Source: Thermoanaerobaculia bacterium (GTDB taxonomy: Bacteria; Acidobacteriota; Thermoanaerobaculia; Multivoradales; Multivoraceae). From it: a DNA stretch of 64,000 bases. Shown in pieces: positions 10,088-19,830 of this stretch (position 1 is the first letter of the stretch; each line of letters begins with the position of its first letter). Location of the stretch: NCBI GenBank assembly GCA_022823665.1, contig JAJEHN010000008.1, forward strand, positions 129,847-193,846. The letters run 5' to 3'. The notes beneath the pieces are model-generated. The model saw only the letters and a list, made by a program, of their open reading frames with translations. It ran no database searches and had not been told where the DNA came from. The translations under genes and the position numbers were made by a program.

Positions 10088-11731
10088 CTAGTTCTCTTCG
10101 GCACCGGTGGCTGCAGCCGGGAACAGCACGCTGGCGACGCCCGGGAAGCGGCCGCCCAGTTCCTGCAGGATCCGCGTCGCTTCCTCCTCGCTCACCTTGC
10201 ACAGCTCCGAGGCCCAGAAGCCGGTGACCGCCGCGTAGCCGAAGCCGGCGCGCAGGATGTCGGCGACGCCCTGGCGAAAGGCCTCCACGTCCCAATCGTC
10301 TCGCGCGCCTTCGAGAACGCGCGTCGACTCGAGGGCCCGGTCGAGCTCGGCCTGCGGCATCTCGCCAGGCACGCCCACGTACATCCTGAACATCGCGGCG
10401 TAGACGACGCCGCGCACGTACGAGACCTTCCACGTCCAGTCCTCGGAAGTCGGTGAAACGTCGAAGTCCGGTCCGGTCCACAGCATCCAGTTCTCGATGA
10501 ACGGCGGAATCAGGGAGACGTCGGCCGCGCTGTCGGGCAGGCTCCACTGGTTCGACGCGACCATCAAGGAGACGTCCAGGTCGGGCCAGCCCCAGCCGTC
10601 GGTGCGCCAGCCGAACATGTGGCCGCCGGCGTGGCTGAAGGACATCGTCGGCTGGCCGTGGTCGCGAAGCAGCCAGACCAGCCCCAGGTCGAGGCCGGGC
10701 CCCAGCTCCTCGTGCTGGGGGGTGAGCATCTGTTCGACGGTTTCCGGCTGGAGGACCTGATAGTCGTTGTAACTCCCGCTCGCGAGCATGGCCATCAGCA
10801 GTCGCAGATGGTCGGCCGGTTTCGCCAGCACGCCGCCGGCAGGGTAGTGGCTGAAGTAGAGCGGAATCGTGGGAATGAGCGCCCCGCCCATCCGTGCGTA
10901 GCCGGTGCTCATCTGCTCCCAGATCTCGGGGCGCACGTAGTCCCGGCGCTGCGCTGGCGGGTACTGGGACGACTCCATGCCCAGCGGGTCCATCACGTGC
11001 TTCTGCACGTACTCCGCGAACGAAAGCTCTTCTGGGTTCGCGGTCTCGACGATCAGGCCGAGCGTTGCCAGGCCCGGGTTCGAGTAGTTGTAGCGCTCGC
11101 CGACCGGCGCGACCCAGAACGGGGCGACGCCGCCGCCGACAGGGCTGGTCGTCGAGTCGAAACTCTCCTTGAGCGCCTGAGCAAGCGGGACCGGCTTGTG
11201 CCAGACGCCGCCGGCGCCGCCGGTCGAGATCCCCGAGCGATGCGTCAGCAGGTCGTGCACCGTGATGTCGCGCGCACCGAGCGGATTGTGCACCTCGAAG
11301 GGCAGGTGGTCGTTGATCGGATCGTCGAGCGACAGCACGCCGCGATCCACGAGTTGCATGACAGCGGTGGCGGTGTAGGTCTTGCCCAGGGAACCGGAGT
11401 GGTACACCGTCTCCGGGGTCATCGGCCTGGTGCTCGCAACGTCGGCGTAGCCGAAGCCCGCCTCCCAGATGAGCCTCCCCTTATAGCCCAGGGCCAGATT
11501 GAGTCCGGGCGTACCCTGGGCGCGCAGGACGTGCGGTACGAAGTCCCGCAGGGCGTCGATCAGCCGGAGCTCGAAGGCGCGTTCCGTGTGCACGGCCTCG
11601 GTGATGGGAATCGTCCGCTCGGTCTGGGCTCCGGCAGTCGTCAGCGTCGAACTCAGGAGGATCGCTCCCAGAAGAAGACGGCAGGCGGGGAGCTTCCCCG
11701 CGGTGGATCGGGTGTTGCGGTGGGCATGCAT
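10088..11731 (-). CDS. beta-lactamase-fold serine hydrolase with signal peptide and C-terminal extension domain
   Basis: Internal ATG (MHAHRNTRSTAGKLPACRLLLGAILL signal peptide) of track ORF 10088..12226. SxxK (HSGSLGKTY). The track's 712-aa version runs into the next gene. Confidence 0.8.
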   Translation of the reverse strand: MHAHRNTRSTAGKLPACRLLLGAILLSSTLTTAGAQTERTIPITEAVHTERAFELRLIDALRDFVPHVLRAQGTPGLNLALGYKGRLIWEAGFGYADVASTRPMTPETVYHSGSLGKTYTATAVMQLVDRGVLSLDDPINDHLPFEVHNPLGARDITVHDLLTHRSGISTGGAGGVWHKPVPLAQALKESFDSTTSPVGGGVAPFWVAPVGERYNYSNPGLATLGLIVETANPEELSFAEYVQKHVMDPLGMESSQYPPAQRRDYVRPEIWEQMSTGYARMGGALIPTIPLYFSHYPAGGVLAKPADHLRLLMAMLASGSYNDYQVLQPETVEQMLTPQHEELGPGLDLGLVWLLRDHGQPTMSFSHAGGHMFGWRTDGWGWPDLDVSLMVASNQWSLPDSAADVSLIPPFIENWMLWTGPDFDVSPTSEDWTWKVSYVRGVVYAAMFRMYVGVPGEMPQAELDRALESTRVLEGARDDWDVEAFRQGVADILRAGFGYAAVTGFWASELCKVSEEEATRILQELGGRFPGVASVLFPAAATGAEEN

Positions 11732-11733
11732 GC

Positions 11734-12987
11734 TCAGGCTCCTTCCTCTGCCGGCAGAATCCGCACTCCGCGGTGCCCCGCGAGGTCGACGTAGCTTGAC
11801 CGGTCCACCCGGCCGTTGAGGTCCTGGCTCACGCAACCGTGCTCGACGTAGTCGACAACCTCCCTGCCCTCCGGCGTCTCCGGATCGACCGCTCGCACCG
11901 CGCCCTCCGGGTTCAGGCGGCAGGGCACGAAGCCGAACTCGGCCGGTTCGCCGCCGGCGAGCTTGACGAAGCCCAAGGCCGTCATCCGCGCCTCCGGGTG
12001 CAGCGGCATCAGCGGCCAGCCCTTGCGCGGCGCCACGGCGTAGGTGTCCGCGCTGTCGTCCAGCACGGACATGGCGGCGACCACCTCCGGCGGCCACTTG
12101 TCGACGCGGACGTCGAAGACGAAGTGGCCGAGCCCGTAGAAGACCGGCCGGCCACGGTACCACTCCATGCCGCGCAGCACATGCTGGTGATGGCCCACGA
12201 CGATGTCGACGCCTTCGTCGATGCACAGCCGGGCCGTGCGCAGCTCGTGGTCGGTCAGGTGGTAGGCCTTGAAGTGATCACCCCAGTGGAAGCTGGCGAC
12301 CACCAGGTCCGCCTGCTCCTTCGCGCCAGCGATGTCGGCCTTGAGATTGTCGTGGTCGGCCTTGTCCGGCACGGTGGAAACGCGCGGGTCGGCGCCGGGC
12401 GTGTAGGCGTCGTCGATCAGGTCCTGGTAGAAGTTGTGCGCCCTGAGCGGCGCCAGCCCGGCGAGGCTGCCGCGGGCCTCGTAGCCCTTGGGAAAGACCG
12501 ACGCGTAGCCCAGGAACGCGACCTTCAGGCCGCCCGCCTCGAGGACGGCCGGCGCGCGGGCCTCCTCCAGACTGCCGCCCGCGCCGCAGGTGGCGACGCC
12601 CTGCTCGTTGAGGCGCCGCCGAGTCTCGAGCATCGCGTCGCGGCCGCCGTCGAGAATGTGGTTGTTGGCCAGCGACAGCACGTCGAAGCCCACGCGGCTG
12701 AAGACATCGAGGTTGTGCGCCGGCGGCACCAGGGCCAGCCCGGCACTGGGCACGGACTGCGGATGGTCGGAGTACGGCCCCTCCAGGTTGCCGAACAGTA
12801 GGTCCGGCGCGGCGAGGAGATCGAGCACCGGTGCGTATGCCTCGTCCGGGTCGTCGCGGTCGGTCAGCAGGTCGCCGACGAAGCCGAGGAGAGCATCGCC
12901 GTCGGCGGCTCGAACCGAACGCGGGCCGCCAAGCAGGCCGAGCACTCCGGCCGCCGCACCCGACTTGAGGAATTGCCGTCGATTCAT
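11734..12987 (-). CDS. CapA/PgsA-family metallophosphatase-like protein with Tat signal
   Basis: Start MNRRQFLKSGAAAGVLG (twin-arginine motif). CapA motifs LANNHILDGG and VVGHHQHV. Confidence 0.8.
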   Translation of the reverse strand: MNRRQFLKSGAAAGVLGLLGGPRSVRAADGDALLGFVGDLLTDRDDPDEAYAPVLDLLAAPDLLFGNLEGPYSDHPQSVPSAGLALVPPAHNLDVFSRVGFDVLSLANNHILDGGRDAMLETRRRLNEQGVATCGAGGSLEEARAPAVLEAGGLKVAFLGYASVFPKGYEARGSLAGLAPLRAHNFYQDLIDDAYTPGADPRVSTVPDKADHDNLKADIAGAKEQADLVVASFHWGDHFKAYHLTDHELRTARLCIDEGVDIVVGHHQHVLRGMEWYRGRPVFYGLGHFVFDVRVDKWPPEVVAAMSVLDDSADTYAVAPRKGWPLMPLHPEARMTALGFVKLAGGEPAEFGFVPCRLNPEGAVRAVDPETPEGREVVDYVEHGCVSQDLNGRVDRSSYVDLAGHRGVRILPAEEGA

Positions 12988-13048
12988 GTCTCTTCCTCCC
13001 GGAACCTCGTCCGTGCGCCTTCTCCGTGCCTCGGTGCCTCCGTGCCCG

Positions 13049-14197
13049 TCAGCGTTCGATCCACTCGCCGCAGATAGCCACCGCTTCGGCGAGCTTGTCC
13101 GCCTGGCCGATGTAGTAGTGGGTAGCCCCCTCGATCTCGTGGAACTCCCTGTCGCCGTGGGACACGGCGGCGTAGAGCCGCCGCGCGTGGCTGGGCGTGC
13201 ACGCGTCGTCGGCGCCGTTGTTGACCACCAGGACCGGAACGCTGATGTCCGCGGCGCACGCGAGGCCGTCCGCGTTCGACTTCTCCAGGCTCCACTGCGA
13301 CAGCCAGCTCCGCAGCGTCGTGAAGCGCGCAAGACCCGTCGGGCCGTTGTTCACGGTCTCCGGGTCGCCGAGGTAGCACGAGCCCGGCTGGCGGTCGTTC
13401 GGGTCCACCGCCGGATCGAGCCAGCGCGGGTCGGCCATCGTGCCCTGAACGACGAAACAGTGCTCCTTCTGCGCGCCGGCCCGATTTCGGAGATGCTCGA
13501 ACTCCTCCATCGCCCACGCCGTGATCCGCTCGTTGCGCGCGACCTGGGCCCGCCGGTAGCGCTCGAGAAACTCGGTCGAGTACGGCGGCTGGTTGGGATT
13601 GTCCGCGTTGTACAGATCGAGTTCCGGGTCCTTCCGCTGCGGTTCCCGTTCGTCGAGGATCGAGGCGTCCATCCACTCGGTGAGCGTCCCCGCGCGGCTG
13701 ATGTGCGCGGCCAGCAGCATCACCCCGTCGGCGGGAATCAGCTCCGCCGCCGTCAGGTCGTACGGGTCGCCGGCCGGCGTGTGGGTCACCGTCGGCCGCT
13801 CGGCCTGCTGCTGGTAGTAGAGCGACAGCGAGCCGCCGCCGCTCCACCCCCCGAGCAGGACGCGCTCGTAGCCGAGCTCCTCCTTCGCGTAGCGGATCGT
13901 GCGTCCCAGGTCGACCACGCACTTCTCCATGATCAGCGCCGTGTCGTTGCCGCGATACCGCCCGTTGGCGTAGATCACGTGGTGGCCGGCCGCCGCCAGC
14001 GCCCGGACCAGCGGCAGCCAGGCGCCGCCGCCGATCGGGTGGTTGAAGACGACGACCGTCTTCGAGGCGCGCTCGCGCGGCCGCAGCAGGTGGCCATCGA
14101 AGAAGACGAAACCGCCCGGCCCGCCGTAGACGTCGCCGAAATCCGCGTCCTCCCGAAAGAAGACGGGAAAGGGGATCCGATCGTAGGGCTCCATCAT
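13049..14197 (-). CDS. alpha/beta-fold hydrolase
   Basis: Start MMEPYDRIPFP (internal to the track's 566-aa ORF). Nucleophile elbow GGWSGGG; His/Asp downstream. Confidence 0.75.
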   Translation of the reverse strand: MMEPYDRIPFPVFFREDADFGDVYGGPGGFVFFDGHLLRPRERASKTVVVFNHPIGGGAWLPLVRALAAAGHHVIYANGRYRGNDTALIMEKCVVDLGRTIRYAKEELGYERVLLGGWSGGGSLSLYYQQQAERPTVTHTPAGDPYDLTAAELIPADGVMLLAAHISRAGTLTEWMDASILDEREPQRKDPELDLYNADNPNQPPYSTEFLERYRRAQVARNERITAWAMEEFEHLRNRAGAQKEHCFVVQGTMADPRWLDPAVDPNDRQPGSCYLGDPETVNNGPTGLARFTTLRSWLSQWSLEKSNADGLACAADISVPVLVVNNGADDACTPSHARRLYAAVSHGDREFHEIEGATHYYIGQADKLAEAVAICGEWIER

Positions 14198-14211
14198 CGT
14201 CGCGCGTCCGG

Positions 14212-15171
14212 TCAGAACTCGACCGCGGGAAGCGCTGCCTCGATCTTCTCCCGGTGGGGTTCCAGGTGTTTCGGCAGCGAGAGGATCCGCCCCAAGGAGT
14301 CGATCTCCTCGTCCACAGTCCAGCCCGGGTCGAGATTCGACAGCTCCATGTTGATGCCGCCGGGGACGGTGAAGTACGTCGAGTGGAACCAGCCGCGGTC
14401 CCGGGCCCCGGTGACGATCAGGCCCGCGCCGGCGAGGATTCGCGTCCACTTCTCCATGTCCCCGACGCTGTCGACCGTCAGCGCGATGTGGTGCAGGCCG
14501 CCGAGACCGTGCCGGCCCCACGGCCCGTCGCGCCGCTCGACGACATCGATCAGCTTGCCGGGCTCGTTGCCGCCGACCGCGAGACGTGTCCGGCTTCCCT
14601 CGGTGGCGACCACCTCGAAACCGAGGACGCCGACCAGGAACTGAACGGTCAGTTCGGGAATGCGCGGCGCGAGCGTGGCATGGTGGAAGCCGCGTATCTG
14701 GTGCTCGTCGGGAAGATCGGCCAGTTCGGGCATCCGGGCGTCCTCGCACCCGACGAGTTCCGACGAGATGCCGTCGAAGTCCCGGAAGTGGAGCACCGGA
14801 TCGCCGAACCGCGCCGGACGATCGGTGCAGACGCAGCCCGCCGCGGTCAAGCGCCCACGCCAGTACTCCAGGCTTCCGGGCGAGACGGAGTAGCTGACGT
14901 CGGTGATCGAGCCCCGGCCCTCGACCGTCTTCGGCATCGGAACACCCTCGAGGATGATGTTCGTCATGATCGTCCCCGGACTGCCGAGGCGGTCGCCGAA
15001 GAAGAAGTGCCAGCCGGAGGTGGGGTTCTCCTGGTTGCAGGTTCTCTTGATCAGCCGCAGGCCGAGCACGTCGCGGTAGAACCGGAGGTCGTTGGCGGCG
15101 GAACCGACCAGCCCGGTGATGTGGTGGATGCCCCGGATCGGTGACGGACCGCGTCTCCTGACTTCAGCCAT
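14212..15171 (-). CDS. two-domain VOC-superfamily ring-cleaving (extradiol-type, hydroquinone/MhqO/LinE-like) dioxygenase
   Basis: Two tandem glyoxalase/VOC modules (HHITGLV... and HHIALTV...). Product family inferred from architecture. Confidence 0.7.
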   Translation of the reverse strand: MAEVRRRGPSPIRGIHHITGLVGSAANDLRFYRDVLGLRLIKRTCNQENPTSGWHFFFGDRLGSPGTIMTNIILEGVPMPKTVEGRGSITDVSYSVSPGSLEYWRGRLTAAGCVCTDRPARFGDPVLHFRDFDGISSELVGCEDARMPELADLPDEHQIRGFHHATLAPRIPELTVQFLVGVLGFEVVATEGSRTRLAVGGNEPGKLIDVVERRDGPWGRHGLGGLHHIALTVDSVGDMEKWTRILAGAGLIVTGARDRGWFHSTYFTVPGGINMELSNLDPGWTVDEEIDSLGRILSLPKHLEPHREKIEAALPAVEF

Positions 15172-15201
15172 GCAATCTCCTTCTCAACGTGCAGCAGACG
15201 G

Positions 15202-16101
15202 ATGTTACGTTCCCGGCAAATGAGCGACTCATCTCCGGCGACGCGACTGCGGGCCCTCCTCGACGCCCCCGGCCTTCGGGTCATGCCCTGCTGCTTCGAC
15301 GCGCTCTCCGCGCGGCTGATCGAGCAGGCCGGCTTCGAGTTGACCTTCATGAGCGGCTTCGCCGTGTCCGCCAGCCGGATCGGCATGCCGGACACCGGCC
15401 TGATCTCCTTCGGCGAGATGCTCGACCAGGGCCGCAACATCTGTGCGGCAACGGGGCTGCCGGTGATCGGCGACGGCGACACGGGTTACGGCAACGCGCT
15501 GAACGTCAAGCGCACGGTCAGGAGCTATGCCAGCGCCGGCTTCGGCGGCGTGATGATCGAGGACCAGGAGGCGCCCAAGCGCTGCGGACACACGCGGGGC
15601 AAGCGCGTCGTCTCCCGCGCGGAGGCCCTGTCGCGGGTGGGCGCCGCGGTGGACGCCCGGGACGAGGGCGCCGACATTCTGATCCTGGCCCGCACCGACG
15701 CCCGGGCCACCGACGGCCTGGACGAAGCGATCGCCCGCTGCCAGGCGTTCGCCGGCATCGGCGCGGACATCCTCTTCCTCGAGGCCCCGCGGTCGGAGAG
15801 CGAGATGGCCGCGTTCTGCGAGGCGGTCCCCGGCCCGAAGCTGGCAAACCTCGTCGAGGGCGGCGACACGCCACTGCTGCCGCCGGCCCGGCTCGAGGAG
15901 ATCGGCTACAAGATCGCGGCCTACCCGCTGACGCTCCTGTCCGCCGCGACCGCGGCGATGCTCGACGCCCTGCAAGCCTTGGGGAACAGCGAGCGGCCTG
16001 AGCACATCCTGGATTTCGAACGGCTGCGCGACATCGTCGGCTTCGAGGACTACGATGCCGAGGCCCAGCGCTACCGCATCGACGACGAGGACGAACGATG
16101 A
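15202..16101 (+). CDS. isocitrate lyase/PEP mutase family enzyme (carboxyvinyl-carboxyphosphonate phosphorylmutase / methylisocitrate lyase-like)
   Basis: PEP-mutase family motifs (VMPCCFDALSARL, GDGDTGYGN, KRCGH). The start could instead be the ATG at 15220. Confidence 0.8.
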   Translation: MLRSRQMSDSSPATRLRALLDAPGLRVMPCCFDALSARLIEQAGFELTFMSGFAVSASRIGMPDTGLISFGEMLDQGRNICAATGLPVIGDGDTGYGNALNVKRTVRSYASAGFGGVMIEDQEAPKRCGHTRGKRVVSRAEALSRVGAAVDARDEGADILILARTDARATDGLDEAIARCQAFAGIGADILFLEAPRSESEMAAFCEAVPGPKLANLVEGGDTPLLPPARLEEIGYKIAAYPLTLLSAATAAMLDALQALGNSERPEHILDFERLRDIVGFEDYDAEAQRYRIDDEDER

Positions 16102-17822
16102 CTCGACACAGGAACGACGTCGACGTGCTGATCGTCGGGGCCGGCCCGGTCGGCCTCTGCTGCTCCCGGCTCCTCAGCAGGCTCGGCGTGTCCAACCGGG
16201 TGCTGGAGCGCCGGCCCGGCCTCCACACGGCGCCGCAGGCGCACGTCGTCTCGTCGAGGACGCTCGAGGTCTTCCGGGCCGCGGGCATCGACGCCGGGAA
16301 GCTGGTCGCGGCCGCCACGCGGCGGGAGGACCAGGGCGCGGTCCTCTGGGTCCACACGCTGGCCGGCCCGGTGCTCGGCCGTCTCGCTCTGGGCACGCCC
16401 GAGCGCATCATGAAGACGCTGTCGTCGACGCCGGCGCCCACCCTGAACATCCCCCAGCATCGCCTGGAGCCGATCCTCTTCGAGGCGGCCCGCGACGCCG
16501 GAGCGACGGTCGACTTCGAGGTCGAGTGGCTCGGCGCCATGCAGACCGAAGCCGGCGTCGTCTCGGAAGCCCGGGACCACGCGAGCGGTGAGACCCTCGA
16601 GTTCCGCAGCCGCTACGTCCTCGGCTGCGACGGCGCGGGCAGTCCGGTACGCCACGCGCTCGGCATCGGCATGCAGGGACCGGCCCACGTGCAGAGCTAC
16701 CTCTCCGTCTTCGTCGAGGCCGAACTCCGGCACGTCGTGAGGGAGCATCCCGGCCTTCTCTTCTGGCACCTCGATCCGCTCGAGCCCGCCGTCTTCATCG
16801 CCCACGACCTCGACTCGACCTGGATCTACATGCATCCCTACGATCCGGAACGCGTGAAGCCCGAGTCCTTCACGCCCGAGCGCTGCCGCCAGCTCGTGGC
16901 GAACGCGATCGGCACCGACGCCGACTTCGAGGTCCGCGAGACCGGCTTCTGGCAGATGACCTGCCAGGTGGCCGACCAGTACCGCGACCGGAGGATCTTC
17001 CTGGTGGGCGATGCCGCGCACCGCTTCCCGCCGACGGGAGGCATGGGCATGAACACCGGCATGGCCGACGCCTTCAACCTCGCCTGGAAGATCGCGGCGG
17101 TCTGCGCGGGACGCGCCGGCGACCCGCTGCTGGCCACCTACGACCCGGAGCGGCGACCCGTGGCCGCGGCGGCCGCTCGACAGAGCCTGGAGAACCATCT
17201 GAAGATGCTCGAGGTCGTCGAGGCGCTGCGGATCGAGCCCGGACTGCCACCCGAGGAGGCTCGCTCCGAGATACGGCGGCTGCCAGAGCAGGAGGACCGC
17301 CGGCGGGCAGTCCAGGCCGCCATCGACGCGCAGGGGGAGCACTTCGACATGATGGGACTCGATCTCGGCCATCACTACGAGGACGGCGCCCTGCTTCCCG
17401 ACGGAACACCACCGCCGCCGCCCGCGATGCGCGCTCTCGACTTCGTTCCCTCCACCCGGCCGGGATGCCGCCTGCCCCACGCGTGGGTGGAGTTCGAGGG
17501 CCGAAGGGTCTCCACCCTCGACCTCGTCGATCCGACCGGACTGACCGTCATCTGCGGCGCCGCGGGCGCGCGCTGGATAGCGGCTGCCGAGCCCCTCGGA
17601 CTGCGAGTCCACGCGATCGGCGAGGGCGCGGCGGTGGGAGATTCGGCAGGCGAGTGGGCGGCGGTTGGCGGCGTCGGCCCCGAGGGCGTCGTCGTCGTTC
17701 GCCCGGACGGTCATGTCGCCTGGAGAAACGCGGATGGAAGCTGCGAGCCAGGTCCCGCGCTCGAGGCCGCGCTAGCAGCCATCTACTGCACCGCCGACGA
17801 CGGCCAGACGGAGGCGCCATGA
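16098..17822 (+). CDS. FAD-dependent aromatic monooxygenase (PheA/TfdB-like hydroxylase)
   Basis: GxGxxG FAD fingerprint (VLIVGAGPVGL); DG and GD FAD motifs (GCDGAGSPVR, LVGDAAHRFPPTGGMGMNTG); ATGA overlap with the upstream gene. Confidence 0.85.
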   Translation: MTRHRNDVDVLIVGAGPVGLCCSRLLSRLGVSNRVLERRPGLHTAPQAHVVSSRTLEVFRAAGIDAGKLVAAATRREDQGAVLWVHTLAGPVLGRLALGTPERIMKTLSSTPAPTLNIPQHRLEPILFEAARDAGATVDFEVEWLGAMQTEAGVVSEARDHASGETLEFRSRYVLGCDGAGSPVRHALGIGMQGPAHVQSYLSVFVEAELRHVVREHPGLLFWHLDPLEPAVFIAHDLDSTWIYMHPYDPERVKPESFTPERCRQLVANAIGTDADFEVRETGFWQMTCQVADQYRDRRIFLVGDAAHRFPPTGGMGMNTGMADAFNLAWKIAAVCAGRAGDPLLATYDPERRPVAAAAARQSLENHLKMLEVVEALRIEPGLPPEEARSEIRRLPEQEDRRRAVQAAIDAQGEHFDMMGLDLGHHYEDGALLPDGTPPPPPAMRALDFVPSTRPGCRLPHAWVEFEGRRVSTLDLVDPTGLTVICGAAGARWIAAAEPLGLRVHAIGEGAAVGDSAGEWAAVGGVGPEGVVVVRPDGHVAWRNADGSCEPGPALEAALAAIYCTADDGQTEAP

Positions 17823-18676
17823 AGTTGTTCACGACCACGGACGGAGTCGCCCGCGAGACGGCCGGCGGCGAACTCGAGATCCTCGACCTCCCCTACGCGG
17901 ACATCGGAGAGGCGCTTCGAACGGACCCGGAACTCGCTACCGTTCGCGATGCCCAGGCGAAGCGGCGCTGCGCGACCGGCGACGTGGCCCTCCGCGCGCC
18001 GGTCCTCCGCCCCGGCAAGGTCATCGGCATGGGCATCAACTTCCACAGCCACGTCGAGGAGACCCGCGAGTTCCTCAAGGCCCGGGGCATCGAGCCGCCG
18101 TCCGAGCCGGTGTTCTTCCTGGCGCCGGGCAGCGCGGTCATCGGCCCCGGCGAGGAGATCGTGCTGCCCGAGGTCGCGCCCGATCAGGTCGACTACGAGA
18201 TCGAGCTGGCGGCCGTGATCGGCGTCGGCGGCGCCTCGATCGACGAGGACGACGCGCTGCGGCACGTGGCGGGTTACACGCTCGCCAACGACGTCTCGGC
18301 CCGCGACCTCCAGCGCAAGTCCTTCGAGGGCCCCGAGTACTCCCTCAGTCATGCCAAGGGCCTCGACACGTTCAAGCCGATGGGGCCGGCGCTGGTCACC
18401 ACCGACGAGTTCGCCGAGCCGCTGGACATCCGCCTCCAGGCCCGGGTCAACGGCGAAGTGCGTCAGGACGAGCGCACCACGGACTTCGTTCATTCGGTGG
18501 CCCGCTGCGTGGCGCACGTCTCGCGCTTCATGCAGCTCGAACCGGGCGACGTGATGCTCACCGGCTCGCCGGCCGGCGTCGGCGTGTTCCAGGGCAAGTT
18601 CCTCCGGGCCGGCGACGTCGTCGAGCTCGAGGCCGACCGGATCGGCGTCCTTCGCAACGTCGTGACGGGAGCCTGA
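17819..18676 (+). CDS. fumarylacetoacetate hydrolase (FAH) family protein
   Basis: FAH-family C-terminal fold motifs (DYEIELAAVIG, GDVMLTGSPAGVG). Start MKLFTTTDG overlaps the monooxygenase stop. Confidence 0.85.
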   Translation: MKLFTTTDGVARETAGGELEILDLPYADIGEALRTDPELATVRDAQAKRRCATGDVALRAPVLRPGKVIGMGINFHSHVEETREFLKARGIEPPSEPVFFLAPGSAVIGPGEEIVLPEVAPDQVDYEIELAAVIGVGGASIDEDDALRHVAGYTLANDVSARDLQRKSFEGPEYSLSHAKGLDTFKPMGPALVTTDEFAEPLDIRLQARVNGEVRQDERTTDFVHSVARCVAHVSRFMQLEPGDVMLTGSPAGVGVFQGKFLRAGDVVELEADRIGVLRNVVTGA

Positions 18677-18709
18677 ACCGGCGGGCCGCAAACTTCCCCA
18701 TCCGCAACT

Positions 18710-19375
18710 GTGACCAGCAAGGAGTCCACCGTGTCGAACTCCCCCATCCGCCCCGCCTACATCCACCACATCTTCCTGCGGACGAAGCGATTCGACGCCA
18801 TGTGCGCCTTCTACAAGCTGGTCCTCGGCTGCGAGGCCTTCTTCGAGAACGAGATGTTCTGTTGGCTCAGCTTCGACCAGGAGCACCACAGGATCGCCAT
18901 CGCGAACATGCCCCAGTCACAAGACCAGGCCCCCACCCAGGAGGGCCTCGACCACGTCGGCTACCAGTACACGGGGCCCGAGGACCTCTTCGCCACCTAC
19001 GAGCGTCTCCGCGACTTGGGGATCACGCCCTACTGGTGCACCGACCACGGCGGCACGACGTCCTTCTACTACAAGGACCCCGACAGCAACGGCCTCGAAC
19101 TCCAGTACGACAACTACCCGAACAGGGACGCGCTCCTGGAGTGGATGAAGGGCGGCGACTTCGCCAGGAACCCCATCGGCGTCGACGTGGACCCCGAACG
19201 CCTGATCGAAGCGTTCCGCACCGGACTCGACCGGATGGAGCTGCACCAGCGCTCCCGGCGAGGCGACTTCCTGCCGGAGGGGATGTCAATGGCCGCTCCC
19301 GCAGCGCCGTTCCCGAAGGACCCCAGCGCGTACATGGTGTCGATCCGGCAGGCTGTCGGCGCGGGGCCCGAGTAG
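18710..19375 (+). CDS. VOC family protein (extradiol dioxygenase / glyoxalase-like)
   Basis: VOC-like sequence (IHHIFLRTKRFDAMCAFY). A GTG at 18731 preceded by AAGGAG is an alternative start. Confidence 0.7.
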   Translation: MTSKESTVSNSPIRPAYIHHIFLRTKRFDAMCAFYKLVLGCEAFFENEMFCWLSFDQEHHRIAIANMPQSQDQAPTQEGLDHVGYQYTGPEDLFATYERLRDLGITPYWCTDHGGTTSFYYKDPDSNGLELQYDNYPNRDALLEWMKGGDFARNPIGVDVDPERLIEAFRTGLDRMELHQRSRRGDFLPEGMSMAAPAAPFPKDPSAYMVSIRQAVGAGPE

Positions 19376-19415
19376 GTCAGACCCCTCCGCAGGGCCCAAG
19401 TCCCCTCACAGCCCA

Positions 19416-19625
19416 TCACAAACGGGAAGAGCGAAAGCGGGATCTTCGATTCTCCCGTCTAGGCGCTGCCTGTCCTGCCGGGCACGCCGCCTCATCCTCC
19501 TTCTGCTGCTCGACCAGCGCCGCAACTTCCGCGGTCTGAGACTCCCTGTACTCCCGGATGATCCGCCGCTCCCGGTCCTCATCGATCACCGCTCGCGGGG
19601 CACCTGGCGACACTTCCACCACCAC
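19416..19625 (-). CDS. small hypothetical ORF (69 aa) in the degraded region
   Basis: Open reading frame only; no recognised motif. Confidence 0.15.
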   Translation of the reverse strand: MVVEVSPGAPRAVIDEDRERRIIREYRESQTAEVAALVEQQKEDEAACPAGQAAPRRENRRSRFRSSRL

Positions 19626-19830
19626 CTACTGAGCATAGTCGAGGAGATAGGCGGCCCCGAGGCCCCCTTCGGACAGAGGCGCGAGCCGTCGTGGAGCACG
19701 GCTATGATGGAGACGAGCTTCTCGCCGGTTCCATCGGCACCGCATCTCCCGATCCGCAGGTCATCGGACGGGAACCCGCTCCTCGCCGAGGCGACGTACC
19801 TGCTCCACTACATCGAGAAGATGGGAAACC

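Noticed and set aside
19430-19470. tRNA-like T-loop sequence (cggga tcttcgattc tcccg) as a possible tRNA gene or att-site remnant next to the decayed region
   Set aside because: The loop is 10 nt rather than 7, no acceptor or anticodon arms can be built around it, and it lies inside a minus-strand ORF. At most it is a vestige; I could not support a tRNA call.
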